Virus record (IMG/VR): IMGVR_UViG_3300032296_002061
Coordinates: 1 to 52,429 of that record
DNA from: a virus
Lineage: Duplodnaviria; Caudoviricetes
Length of the DNA: 52,429 bases
Reading direction: 5' to 3' (one strand)
Shown: positions 24,746 through 34,007 of the stretch, piece by piece
How positions within the stretch are numbered: position 1 is the first letter of the stretch
How the letters are laid out: every line of letters starts with the position of its first letter
Made by a program: the position numbers and the translations under genes
Notes under the pieces: generated by a model
What the model saw: only the letters and a program-made list of their open reading frames with translations
The model's database searches: none
What the model was told of the DNA's origin: nothing

Positions 24746-25518
24746 TGCACGGCTATACGCCAGAGTACATCAAGCACTGTAAGCGGTACGTGCAGCAATT
24801 GGACAAGCTTGACGTACCGGACTTGGCAGAAACGTTTGTGGCTTTGGAGTGTAACGTCGGCCCGTGGGCAGCGTTTCGGTACTACGACCTGATTAGCGAA
24901 GGGCACTATAAGGTGTTGGCCGGCTACCGTGCGATGCCAGAATGGAAGTTCAAGGACGTAGTGAATCGCTGGGGCGAAGTAGGGTTTCCGCTATTGACTA
25001 AGTATGGATTCAAGCGATTGAAGCAAAGAAGGCAAGCGGTATTTGATTACCTTGGTTTGCAGGAGAAAGCCGATGTCCAAACTTGGGAACATCAATCAAC
25101 CACCGGACTCAAGCTTGCGCGACATCTCGTCAAGGTTTGTAGAGCCGACATTTCATCAAGACAGTTCTGGCACCGAAACCTCTACGAGTGGGCCTCAAGA
25201 ACCAGGCCAACCTTCTACCAATCCGGGATTGATCGAAGGCAGTTCGGCGGGCTCCTTCTCTTCTACGCTGAAGCCATCAACAACGGCTATGGACCCGATG
25301 CTTTTGAGAAGAATGCAGTCCGAAGATGGTGCCTTGGAGCTTCCAGCACTGAGTGGCACCGACCTTGCATCCTTTGCGCTTACCCGCTCCCACAGTCGTT
25401 TATCCGTTTCCGACCTAAACCACATCGGCATGTCGCTAATGAAGGATGCAGTAGCTCAGGAGAAACCCGACCATCGCGCAGCGGCAGCAGTGTTCTCGGT
25501 GATGGCTCAAGTCAATAG
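24745..25518 (+). CDS. Hypothetical protein (3' half overlaps the next gene)
   Basis: TAATG coupling; aromatic-rich globular sequence. Confidence 0.55.
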   Translation: MHGYTPEYIKHCKRYVQQLDKLDVPDLAETFVALECNVGPWAAFRYYDLISEGHYKVLAGYRAMPEWKFKDVVNRWGEVGFPLLTKYGFKRLKQRRQAVFDYLGLQEKADVQTWEHQSTTGLKLARHLVKVCRADISSRQFWHRNLYEWASRTRPTFYQSGIDRRQFGGLLLFYAEAINNGYGPDAFEKNAVRRWCLGASSTEWHRPCILCAYPLPQSFIRFRPKPHRHVANEGCSSSGETRPSRSGSSVLGDGSSQ

Positions 25519-25675
25519 CAGGGCTGCTGGCCCCAAGAAGGCTGGTCCTTCTGACCGTGTGCGTGTGGCGCTGGAGAAAGCGGCGTCTGCAATCGAGGCC
25601 GAGCGCCGTCGCAAGCGCACGGTTGTAGATATTGGTGTTGAGCCTGACTCGGAAGAGGGCGACGGTGAACGATAA
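25073..25675 (+). CDS. Candidate terminase small subunit
   Basis: AGGAG RBS; directly upstream of and overlapping TerL; helical C-terminal half; positional inference only. Confidence 0.45.
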   Translation: MSKLGNINQPPDSSLRDISSRFVEPTFHQDSSGTETSTSGPQEPGQPSTNPGLIEGSSAGSFSSTLKPSTTAMDPMLLRRMQSEDGALELPALSGTDLASFALTRSHSRLSVSDLNHIGMSLMKDAVAQEKPDHRAAAAVFSVMAQVNSRAAGPKKAGPSDRVRVALEKAASAIEAERRRKRTVVDIGVEPDSEEGDGER

Positions 25676-27254
25676 CGAGATTGATCTGTTGCTTGACCAG
25701 TGGGCCGTATCGCCTCGGGCGTTTGCGGAATGCTTTCGCATCAAGAACAAAGATCGAACCGAAGTCGACTTCAAGGTGTCGGTACCTCAGCAACTTGCGC
25801 TCAACGCGCTGTCGGCCAAGCAGAAGCTGGTGTTTCTGAAAGGTCGCCAGATGTGGATTACCACCATCTGCTTGGTCTGGCAGCTACGCACATGCTTGTT
25901 CAAGCCTGGTGCTATCTGCGCAGTCGGTATGCAGTCGGACTTCAACGCTCGGCAGATGTCGCTGACTGCATACAACCTGTACAAGGGCAATGAGATTCTG
26001 GTCGACTTGATGGGCATCGAGCGCCAGAACGACCACCAGATTCTGTTCAACAACGGCTCGCAGATGTTGTTCGTTACCGCGAACTCGCCTGTGCTACGTT
26101 CGATGCCGCTGAACTTCGCACACCTGTCCGAAGTCCGCGACTACGACGACCTTGGCGAAACGCTGGCCTCGATCAAAGTAGCGCCTGAAGGCACGCTGCT
26201 GCTTGAGTCGACGGCTGGTGGCGAGGACGACTTTTACCACATTTGGAGCGACCCAGAGAGCGCATTCACCAAAGTGTTCTTCTGCTGGCGCGACCACCTT
26301 GAGTATCGCTCTAGCACCGGCATCGACGGCCCGATGCTTGAGGTCGAGAAGGAATACGTCAAGCAGCACAACCTGTCTCGGCAGGAGACTAATTGGTGGA
26401 TTAAGGAGCGCCGAGCGTTGCCGTTGCACAAGCGGCCGTTCATGGTTCAGGAGCACCCGACGACGCCGGAAGAAGCGTTCTTGCTGAGCGGCGACAAGTA
26501 TCTGCGCCGGCAAGTACCGATGCCTCCCGGTGACCCGCGTGATTCGGATGAGGCCGGTATCGTGGTGTACCATCCGTACAACCCAACTCACCAGTACGTG
26601 GTTGGCATCGACCCGGCGCCAGGTTCTAACGAGAAGGGCGACCCGACCGGCTTGGTCATCATCGACATTACCGATCGATGCGTTGTGCTGACTCAAGAGA
26701 TTCGCCAGCCCACCCGTGACTTTGAAGGCCCATGCTTGGAGCTTATCAAGGCATATGGCTCACCGCTGACGGTTATCGAGACGGCAGCCGAAGGTTTGGG
26801 CTTGTGTGACTTCCTGCGTGGTGCGGGCGTATCGATGTACCACATGACGGCGTTTGGCGGCTTGTCTCCGACGATGCTACCTCGGCACGGTTGGCGTACT
26901 GACGTGCAGACACGCGGCATCCTTTATGGCGAGATTTACGAGGGCGCGAGCGGCAACAGTCGCTGGAAGATTGGCTGCCACCGGTTGGTGAAGCAACTTA
27001 ACGCTTTGTGCTACGACAAGCGCGGCAAGCCTGCTGCGCCCAAGAACGGACACGACGACTTGGTTGTGGCGTTTGGCTTGGCGCTACTTGGTGTGGTGCA
27101 AGCGTTGCCTGCTAAAGAAACGCCTAATGTGCAGCAAGAGCCCAAGAATGCTCTTGATGCTTACATGCGCGACTTGGAGCGCGCTATGGCTAGCGGGCAG
27201 AACGATCACTTTGATTTTTCTGTGGATTCACAACAATCTGATTTCTTTGATTAA
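25665..27254 (+). CDS. terL: Terminase large subunit
   Basis: LKGRQMWITT (Walker A variant), AHLSEV (Walker B), LLLEST, YVVGIDPA, IETA, HDDLV. Confidence 0.93.
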   Translation: MNDNEIDLLLDQWAVSPRAFAECFRIKNKDRTEVDFKVSVPQQLALNALSAKQKLVFLKGRQMWITTICLVWQLRTCLFKPGAICAVGMQSDFNARQMSLTAYNLYKGNEILVDLMGIERQNDHQILFNNGSQMLFVTANSPVLRSMPLNFAHLSEVRDYDDLGETLASIKVAPEGTLLLESTAGGEDDFYHIWSDPESAFTKVFFCWRDHLEYRSSTGIDGPMLEVEKEYVKQHNLSRQETNWWIKERRALPLHKRPFMVQEHPTTPEEAFLLSGDKYLRRQVPMPPGDPRDSDEAGIVVYHPYNPTHQYVVGIDPAPGSNEKGDPTGLVIIDITDRCVVLTQEIRQPTRDFEGPCLELIKAYGSPLTVIETAAEGLGLCDFLRGAGVSMYHMTAFGGLSPTMLPRHGWRTDVQTRGILYGEIYEGASGNSRWKIGCHRLVKQLNALCYDKRGKPAAPKNGHDDLVVAFGLALLGVVQALPAKETPNVQQEPKNALDAYMRDLERAMASGQNDHFDFSVDSQQSDFFD

Positions 27255-27346
27255 GCAATCGGAAAGTTGGGGAAAAAGTTGGGAAGTGTGCTGATAGTTC
27301 TTGCAATTTCAACCTGAAGGAAACGATCCTTCTACCCGGAGGTACT

Positions 27347-28195
27347 ATGCCTGTTCCTAGTGGCACGATGGCGCAAATTATGAAGGACATTACTGCGGAG
27401 GCTGCGGCTGCTGCTGCGCCTGCGCCGGAGGTGTCTGCGTCGGAGTCTACCTCTAACTACACCGCTGAAAGCTCGGCCTCCCCAGTCGAGTCGGCGTCGT
27501 CTGGCTCGGAGGCCAACCCCTCTGGTGCCGACCAGGCGGCGTCTGCGGTGCAGCCTGCTGAGCGTCATCCTCAGCGTGTGTCGTGGTCTAGGTATGAGAC
27601 GCTGATGCAGGAGCATCGGCAGGCTCTGTCGTCGATGGACTCGATGCAGCAGAAGCTTGAGGATTTGGAGGCGCGGCTGACTCAGCAAGTTGCGCAGGCC
27701 GACCCGAAGGCTGCGGCTCCTCAGCGTGGCGAGTCTCAGGGTGATTGGTTGCAGCGGATGCTGGACGAGGGCGAAGAGGTCAACCCGAAGTTGGTTGAGC
27801 AGATTCGTTCGCTTGAGGGCAAGTTGGAGCAGATGAACCAGTCGGTTCAGATGCACAACCAGCGGTGGCAGAACGTGGAGTGGGCGCAGGCCAACGCGGC
27901 TTACGACCAGAACATGAGCAAGCTCCAGTCCTACTGCCCCAAGTGGGATGAAGAACGTCTGACGACGATGATTGCCAACGGCGTCACGCCGCGCATGGTT
28001 GTTGCCATGTACCGTGATGTGTATGGTGACGCGCCGTCGCAACAGGCTCCTGCGCAGGTTGCGCAGGTTCAGCGCGCCGCTCCCCCGCGCATCGATGGCC
28101 CGTCTGCTCCTGCTCAGAATCTGGGCAACGAGCCGATGACCAAAGAAAACTACTTGAAGTGGGTGCGCGGAGAGTTCAATAACAAGATGCACTAA
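27347..28195 (+). CDS. Capsid scaffolding protein
   Basis: Disordered N-terminus, VSWSRY motif, coiled coils, immediately before the MCP. Confidence 0.7.
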   Translation: MPVPSGTMAQIMKDITAEAAAAAAPAPEVSASESTSNYTAESSASPVESASSGSEANPSGADQAASAVQPAERHPQRVSWSRYETLMQEHRQALSSMDSMQQKLEDLEARLTQQVAQADPKAAAPQRGESQGDWLQRMLDEGEEVNPKLVEQIRSLEGKLEQMNQSVQMHNQRWQNVEWAQANAAYDQNMSKLQSYCPKWDEERLTTMIANGVTPRMVVAMYRDVYGDAPSQQAPAQVAQVQRAAPPRIDGPSAPAQNLGNEPMTKENYLKWVRGEFNNKMH

Positions 28196-28204
28196 GGAGT
28201 TGCA

Positions 28205-29602
28205 ATGGCTGCTAGTTTCCAGACCATCGCTGCGGTTCTGATCAATGACCGCACCGACAAGGTGATTCACAACCTGCTCCAGACCGACACGGCTTTCTGG
28301 TCGAAGCTGCCCGTGAAGGGCCGCTCGTGGTCGGGCGACGTGGCGATCATCGGCCTGCGCGTCAAGCGAAATGGCTCGGTGGTTTCGACGATCGGCAACG
28401 TGGAGCCCAAGCCGGGCCAGCAGGGCTTCCTGCGCCTGACCGTCCAGTCGAAGACCGTTCTGGCTCGCTGCCAGATCGATCTGCTGGGCTTCTTGGCGGC
28501 GGAAGATGTCAAGGGTTCGCTGGCTGTTGAGCCGGCTGACGAGCTTGACAACATGCTGAACGACATCGCCAAGCAGATGACGCGCTATGCGTTCATCGGC
28601 GGTGGTGGTCTTCAGGGTGTGGGCGCCAACGCGGTCGGCGCTCCGATCGGTCTGGTGTGGCAGAAGAGCAACGTCATCACCACCTACGGCTACCATGGCC
28701 GTTTCGATGACATCGTTGTGAACCCCAACAACCTGATTCGGTTCATCCGTCTGGATACCTATCAGCAGGTTGGTGCCGACCAGGTGCTGACGGGCATCTC
28801 GCCTTCGACCATCACGGTTGCGGCGAACATCCCGACTGCGGCGGTTCCGGCTGGCGTTCCGTGCGCGGTGCTGGTGGTGGGCGCGGCTTCGCAGGCATTC
28901 AACGCGGCGAGCGTTTCGGGCGACAACATCGACACGCCGTGCGTGTTCGATCCCAACGGCGACCCGGTGGGCGCGTTCGTGGGCGACCCGACTGGTGTGA
29001 TCAGCAACCTGACCCAGCCGATTCACTTCGGCAACGATCGGTCGCTGACTGACCCGCTGACCAAGCGCATTCGTTCGAACTTCGCGATCGTGAACAACAC
29101 GAACGCGCAGGGCGGCGACACGCTGTCGACCATCGAGTTCCTCAAGCTGTACGGCACCATCCGCACCAAGAGCGGTAAGCGCCCGACCGCTACGTGGATG
29201 TCGTGGAACACCATGAACGCGCTGCCGCAGTCGCTCATCGGTACCCTCGACGCTCACATGCGTGTGATGCCGCAAGAGGCTGTCAAGAAGATGGACCCGA
29301 CCCCGGCGCTGCCCTCGGAAGAGGACAACGATTCGGGTTACGGCGTGAGCAAGGTTCCGATCATGTGCTCGGAGCTTTGCCCCGATGGCATGGCCATCTC
29401 GATGCGGTACGAGTCGTGGGAGCGCCTGTACCGTGGCAAGGAAGAGGGCGTGTGGCTGGGCGTCAACGGTCCGGGCAGCAATCCGCTGGTCAAGCTTCAG
29501 GGCGAGACTCAGTGGGGCGCGACCCGCGCTCTGATGCCGGAGCAGGTCTGCACCGAGCCGCTGTCGAACGGCATTCTGGTCGGCATTGCCGCGCCGGTCT
29601 AA
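28205..29602 (+). CDS. Major capsid protein
   Basis: 465 aa, AAGGAG RBS, strong codon bias, HK97-type layout ending CTEPLSNGILVGI. Confidence 0.8.
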   Translation: MAASFQTIAAVLINDRTDKVIHNLLQTDTAFWSKLPVKGRSWSGDVAIIGLRVKRNGSVVSTIGNVEPKPGQQGFLRLTVQSKTVLARCQIDLLGFLAAEDVKGSLAVEPADELDNMLNDIAKQMTRYAFIGGGGLQGVGANAVGAPIGLVWQKSNVITTYGYHGRFDDIVVNPNNLIRFIRLDTYQQVGADQVLTGISPSTITVAANIPTAAVPAGVPCAVLVVGAASQAFNAASVSGDNIDTPCVFDPNGDPVGAFVGDPTGVISNLTQPIHFGNDRSLTDPLTKRIRSNFAIVNNTNAQGGDTLSTIEFLKLYGTIRTKSGKRPTATWMSWNTMNALPQSLIGTLDAHMRVMPQEAVKKMDPTPALPSEEDNDSGYGVSKVPIMCSELCPDGMAISMRYESWERLYRGKEEGVWLGVNGPGSNPLVKLQGETQWGATRALMPEQVCTEPLSNGILVGIAAPV

Positions 29603-29630
29603 TCAACTTGAACTCTAAGGAGAATTAACA

Positions 29631-30143
29631 ATGTCTACTCAGAAGCCCTGTGTGGTCGGTTATCTCAAGACCGACGACTTTACCCCGATTGGTTCGCCCT
29701 ACGGCGTGAACCAGCAGCCCGCCGCTGGTACCGTCGCAGCCGACCTGTCGACGTTCTTCTCGTCGACCCCGGCCACCGACAACACCCCCGGCGGCACCGC
29801 GTCGTTCATGTTCCTTCAGACGAACGTGACCGGTACGGTGGTGTCAAAGGTGCTTCCGCGCCAGTTCATCATCGTTGATATCCGTGCTCTCAAGAACGGC
29901 GTCAATGGTGGTGCTGGCGACAAAGCCACCTTGTCGAAGGTTTCGGCGGATGGCTTGACCACCACGACCCTAGGCGATCTTGCTTTGGATGTGAACGCCA
30001 ACCTGTTGGTTACTGGTTCGGTCAAGTTCACGCCCAATGGCGCGTTCACGCCCAACTTGGGTGCTGGTGAGACACTGAAGGTCACCGCGACCAACGCGAC
30101 CAACTGCGGAGCAACCATCTACATTGATGTGATCGGCGCGTAA
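29631..30143 (+). CDS. Capsid decoration / minor head protein
   Basis: Beta-rich T/G/A protein directly after the MCP. Confidence 0.55.
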   Translation: MSTQKPCVVGYLKTDDFTPIGSPYGVNQQPAAGTVAADLSTFFSSTPATDNTPGGTASFMFLQTNVTGTVVSKVLPRQFIIVDIRALKNGVNGGAGDKATLSKVSADGLTTTTLGDLALDVNANLLVTGSVKFTPNGAFTPNLGAGETLKVTATNATNCGATIYIDVIGA

Positions 30144-30168
30144 CCAAAGCACCTAGGAGGCCCCCTTC

Positions 30169-30603
30169 ATGGCACCGATGTACGACGAAGACGAAGACAT
30201 CTGGACCGGCGCTGGACTCAGCAAGGAAATCGCTCGTCAGCGACTTGCAGAGCGGCAGCGTCAAGCTCCTGAAGTTTCCGGTATGGATCGTGCAGTAGGC
30301 GCCATGAAGGGGGCAGCCGGTGGCGCAAGCACTGGCGCAAGCCTTGGTTCCTTTTTCCCAGGCATCGGAACTGCAATCGGTGCCGGTGTTGGTGCTGTCG
30401 CTGGCGGTTTGGGTGGTGCGCTTACTGCAAGCCCATCTGAGAAAGCGCCATCCGCATCGCAGGTTGAGCAAGGCATGTCGACTGCTAAGAAGGCATACAA
30501 GGAAGCCAAGTACCCCGGCATCACTCAGGCCTTGAAGGAAACTGCGGAAGACTCTAATCTCGACCTTGCCGACTTTGCCGAAGATATGGGGTATAGCGGC
30601 TAA
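30169..30603 (+). CDS. Glycine-zipper internal virion (pilot-like) protein
   Basis: GAAGGASTGASLGSFFPGIGTAIGAGVGAVAGGLGG. Confidence 0.55.
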   Translation: MAPMYDEDEDIWTGAGLSKEIARQRLAERQRQAPEVSGMDRAVGAMKGAAGGASTGASLGSFFPGIGTAIGAGVGAVAGGLGGALTASPSEKAPSASQVEQGMSTAKKAYKEAKYPGITQALKETAEDSNLDLADFAEDMGYSG

Positions 30604-30618
30604 CAGGGACTGGAGAAC

Positions 30619-32631
30619 ATGCAAACGTCCCTCACCATCGACGACCAGCAGCAAGACCTCTGGAATCCTGCCGAGTCGCAGAAGTCTTCCATCGAGTACG
30701 ATTGGAACGACCCCAACGACCCTCCGTCGCTTAAGCCGCCGGAGATCGCCCGCATGTGCAGCCAGTTCTACAACGAGATGGCGCCCATGCAGCGCCTCTG
30801 GTGGCTGTGCCGCGATGTGATTACGAACTTCCGCGCCTACACGCCAAGCGACATCGTGATTCGCGCCGGCATGGAAATGGCGTACTTCAATCGCGTGCGT
30901 GACGTTAGCTTCAACATCACGCTGCCGCAGTTTCGCAATGCCTCGGCCCGTCTGGAGATGACCCACCCATCGTGGGGCGCAATCGCTGCGAGCGACTCCA
31001 TTGACGACCTGATGCGTGCCTCTGCCGATGAGCAGGCTCTGCATTATTACTGCCGCCGTGGCGAAGTGCCTTATGCCGCCATGGAGATGGTCGACTGGGG
31101 CATTATGTTCGGCACCAGCGCCATGCTGGCTGTCATGGACGGCGACAATCTCAAGCCTGAAGTCTTTGGCCCAGACCGCATCCGTGCAGAACCTGCCATT
31201 GCTAGGCCGGAAGATAGTCGCTTCCTCGCTGTGTCGCGTGTGACTACTAAGTCGCAGTTGAAGCAGAAGTTTCCTGACAAGGAAGACGTTATCAACCAAG
31301 CGCCGCCTCCGCTTCAGCAGTTGAACTGGTGGAGTGGTTATCAGCGCATGGCGCCTGACCGCATCGAGGTGCTGGAAGTCTATTGCCGCAGCGGCCACTG
31401 GTTCTTGATGTGTGGCAGCGGCGGCGCTGTGCTTGCGTCTGGCTGGACTCCGCAACGATGTATGCCGCTTGAGATTCACAAGTACGGCAGCGTACCGTTC
31501 GACTTCTGGGGCGTTGGTCTGGTTGAGCAGGCGCTTCCAGGTCAGTATGCGTACAGCGCGAGCTGGAACCAGATTCTGACCAATGCCCGGTTGATGAGCA
31601 ATCCGAAGATTCTCATCCCGCACAACTCAGGGATTGCGCCAGATGCGTTTACATCGCGTGCGGGTGAGAAGGTATATTACCGCCAAGGCATGGCTCCGCA
31701 GCCTTGGCAAGGGTTGCCACTGCCGCAATATGCAGTGCAGTTGCCGGCGTCGGCTGCTTCTGCTCTTGCTGACTCGACCGGCATTCACGGCGCGTCGCAG
31801 GGCAAGCGCACGCCTGGCGTCGTTACTGGTCGAGCGGTTGAGGCAATTGTTTCTAACGACGAAGTGCAATTCGGAATCACCAAGCGCAACATCAAGCGAT
31901 TGATGGAGCGTCATGGTCGCACGGCCCTTCTCTACATGCAGGCATACTACCCGCAAGAGAAGTTTGTTCGTCAGTTCGATCGTTATGGTTCGGCGATCGG
32001 CACGATGGTTCGCAGCGGCGACTTGTCGCAAGACCCGCAGGTGTTCATCGAGGCCGACACGTTGTTCCGCGATGACGTGGAAGCTCGGCAGCAGCGCATC
32101 ATGCAGTTTGCTCAGATGGGCGCGATTCCGCCGCCGGACGCTATCAAGCTGATTCAGAACAACCGCGATCCTCTGCGTCCGCAGAAGCCGATTGCAGATT
32201 ACGTGGCAGCCAAGCGTGCGCTGGATGCGGTGGTGCGTAACGGGTTTCAAGTGGTCGACACGACCAAGTTCAATCCTGATGGCACGCCTTCTATGCGCAA
32301 GACGGTGAAGTTCTATCCAAACGATAACTTCCCGATCTTTGCTGAGGTCGCTGGTCAGTACATTCGCTCGGATGAGTTCTACGCGCTGCCTGTTGAGAAG
32401 CAGGATGCGGTGGATATGTACTACCAAGACATCTTGAACATGATGGCTCCGCCGCCTGCGCCTGAAGCGCCGGGTGGTGGAATGCCTAGGATTCCGCAGC
32501 CGGTGGGCGCGCCCGCTGGCAACGCAAACGCGGTGGGTAATCAGCGCGCACCAAACGCCGCTCAAGAGATGGAGCGCCAACTTGAAGTCAAGGCCGCTCA
32601 GCCGGAAGGCGCGGACGAGTTCAGTAAGTAG
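30619..32631 (+). CDS. Portal protein (P22/T7-like podoviral type)
   Basis: 670 aa; FWGVGLVEQ, LMSNPKILIP, TGIHGASQG..VVTGRAV pattern; Pro-rich tail. Confidence 0.85.
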   Translation: MQTSLTIDDQQQDLWNPAESQKSSIEYDWNDPNDPPSLKPPEIARMCSQFYNEMAPMQRLWWLCRDVITNFRAYTPSDIVIRAGMEMAYFNRVRDVSFNITLPQFRNASARLEMTHPSWGAIAASDSIDDLMRASADEQALHYYCRRGEVPYAAMEMVDWGIMFGTSAMLAVMDGDNLKPEVFGPDRIRAEPAIARPEDSRFLAVSRVTTKSQLKQKFPDKEDVINQAPPPLQQLNWWSGYQRMAPDRIEVLEVYCRSGHWFLMCGSGGAVLASGWTPQRCMPLEIHKYGSVPFDFWGVGLVEQALPGQYAYSASWNQILTNARLMSNPKILIPHNSGIAPDAFTSRAGEKVYYRQGMAPQPWQGLPLPQYAVQLPASAASALADSTGIHGASQGKRTPGVVTGRAVEAIVSNDEVQFGITKRNIKRLMERHGRTALLYMQAYYPQEKFVRQFDRYGSAIGTMVRSGDLSQDPQVFIEADTLFRDDVEARQQRIMQFAQMGAIPPPDAIKLIQNNRDPLRPQKPIADYVAAKRALDAVVRNGFQVVDTTKFNPDGTPSMRKTVKFYPNDNFPIFAEVAGQYIRSDEFYALPVEKQDAVDMYYQDILNMMAPPPAPEAPGGGMPRIPQPVGAPAGNANAVGNQRAPNAAQEMERQLEVKAAQPEGADEFSK

Positions 32632-32639
32632 GAGACACC

Positions 32640-32996
32640 ATGGCTGGCAAGTATGATATGCGTGATATTGCTAAGGCTCGCCTCAAGAAGATGCAGGACA
32701 CCAAGGCCAAGGGCGGCAAGATGATGCCCAAGGGCAAGGAGTCCAAGTACGACTACGAGGATGAGGAAATGTCGGCTGACATGGAGGAGAAGACTCCTTC
32801 GCCGGAAGAGCACAACGCTCCCAAGCACCTCATGCACAAGGGTCATCCCGGCCTTGGTGGCGAGCATCGCGGCGGTCCCAAGGGCATCGCTGTGATGATT
32901 GGCATCGGCAAGCCCGGTATGCCCAAGCGTCACCCCGGTCTTGGCGAGTCGATCGAGGACGAGGAGCCCGTGATGGGCGGCAAGTACGGGCGGTAA
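32640..32996 (+). CDS. Low-complexity K/M/G/E-rich virion-associated protein
   Basis: AGGAG RBS; HPGLG occurs twice. Confidence 0.6.
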   Translation: MAGKYDMRDIAKARLKKMQDTKAKGGKMMPKGKESKYDYEDEEMSADMEEKTPSPEEHNAPKHLMHKGHPGLGGEHRGGPKGIAVMIGIGKPGMPKRHPGLGESIEDEEPVMGGKYGR

Positions 32997-32999
32997 ACC

Positions 33000-34004
33000 A
33001 TGCACGCTGCACAGATTGCGAAATACATGCGGCAATTGATTGACGATCCTGGGATCGTCCGTCTGCCGTATTCTTTGCAGGCGACGATGCTTGAGATCGC
33101 CTACGAGGAGTTTCGCAATGTAGCGCCATGGGAAGTGTGGGAGCGTTACTACGAGCCTCCGCTTCTGACCGGTCAGTACAACGTCGACCTCGATGGCATC
33201 TTGTTCTACACCGACGCCGGCATTCCGCCGACCCAAGCTCTGGCCAGCCGTTTGACCCGCGTTACGCTGGTCAACCCTGGTGTGCAGGATGTTTGGATCT
33301 TCACGCTGGGTGGTGCTCCTGCACCGGGTGATACGTGCCGACTGACGATCAACGCGGTGAACTACGACTACGTTGTTCTCCCCGGCGACACGCTCGTCAC
33401 CATTGCTGCTGGTGTTGCTGCACTGGCTGCTGTTGATCCAATCTACTCGGTGACCAGCGTCGGCCCGGTGATTACCTGCACCAAGTACACTACCGGCCCG
33501 TCGCTCATCACGCCTACCTGCTCCTTCTTGGCGGGCGCTGGTACGGTCACGCCGTTTCACTCTGTCATCGGCCAAGCGTCCAACGGCATCCTTGGTACGT
33601 TTCAGCCGGCTACTAGCTGGGAGACGCTGGGCCAGATTCCCAACGCCAGCGCGGCCATGCTGTCGAACTATGCGTGGACTGGTCAGCGGTATTGGCTAGA
33701 CGGCAAGATGCTGCGCTTCAGTGTTCCGGTGAGCGGCCAGATTCAAATTTGGTACGTGCCTACGCAGACGGTGAACTGGCTGTCGGCCATCTCGTCGACC
33801 ACGCCGGTATTTGTGGACAACCTGACGCAGTTCCACGACATTATCGCTCTTCTGGCTGCCGAGCAGTACTACATTCAGCAAGCACAGCCCAACACATCTT
33901 TGGAGATGCAGTTGCGGCGTCGCATGGATAAGATGATGGAGTTCTTCGCTCAGTCGCGCACTGGCAAGGCATCGAGGTATGTGAACGAAGAATACCAGAG
34001 GTAG
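33000..34004 (+). CDS. Head-tail adaptor with an inserted domain
   Basis: Helical N- and C-termini (MRQLIDD, FHDIIALLAA), IQIWYVP; position after the portal. Confidence 0.7.
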   Translation: MHAAQIAKYMRQLIDDPGIVRLPYSLQATMLEIAYEEFRNVAPWEVWERYYEPPLLTGQYNVDLDGILFYTDAGIPPTQALASRLTRVTLVNPGVQDVWIFTLGGAPAPGDTCRLTINAVNYDYVVLPGDTLVTIAAGVAALAAVDPIYSVTSVGPVITCTKYTTGPSLITPTCSFLAGAGTVTPFHSVIGQASNGILGTFQPATSWETLGQIPNASAAMLSNYAWTGQRYWLDGKMLRFSVPVSGQIQIWYVPTQTVNWLSAISSTTPVFVDNLTQFHDIIALLAAEQYYIQQAQPNTSLEMQLRRRMDKMMEFFAQSRTGKASRYVNEEYQR

Positions 34005-34007
34005 CCG

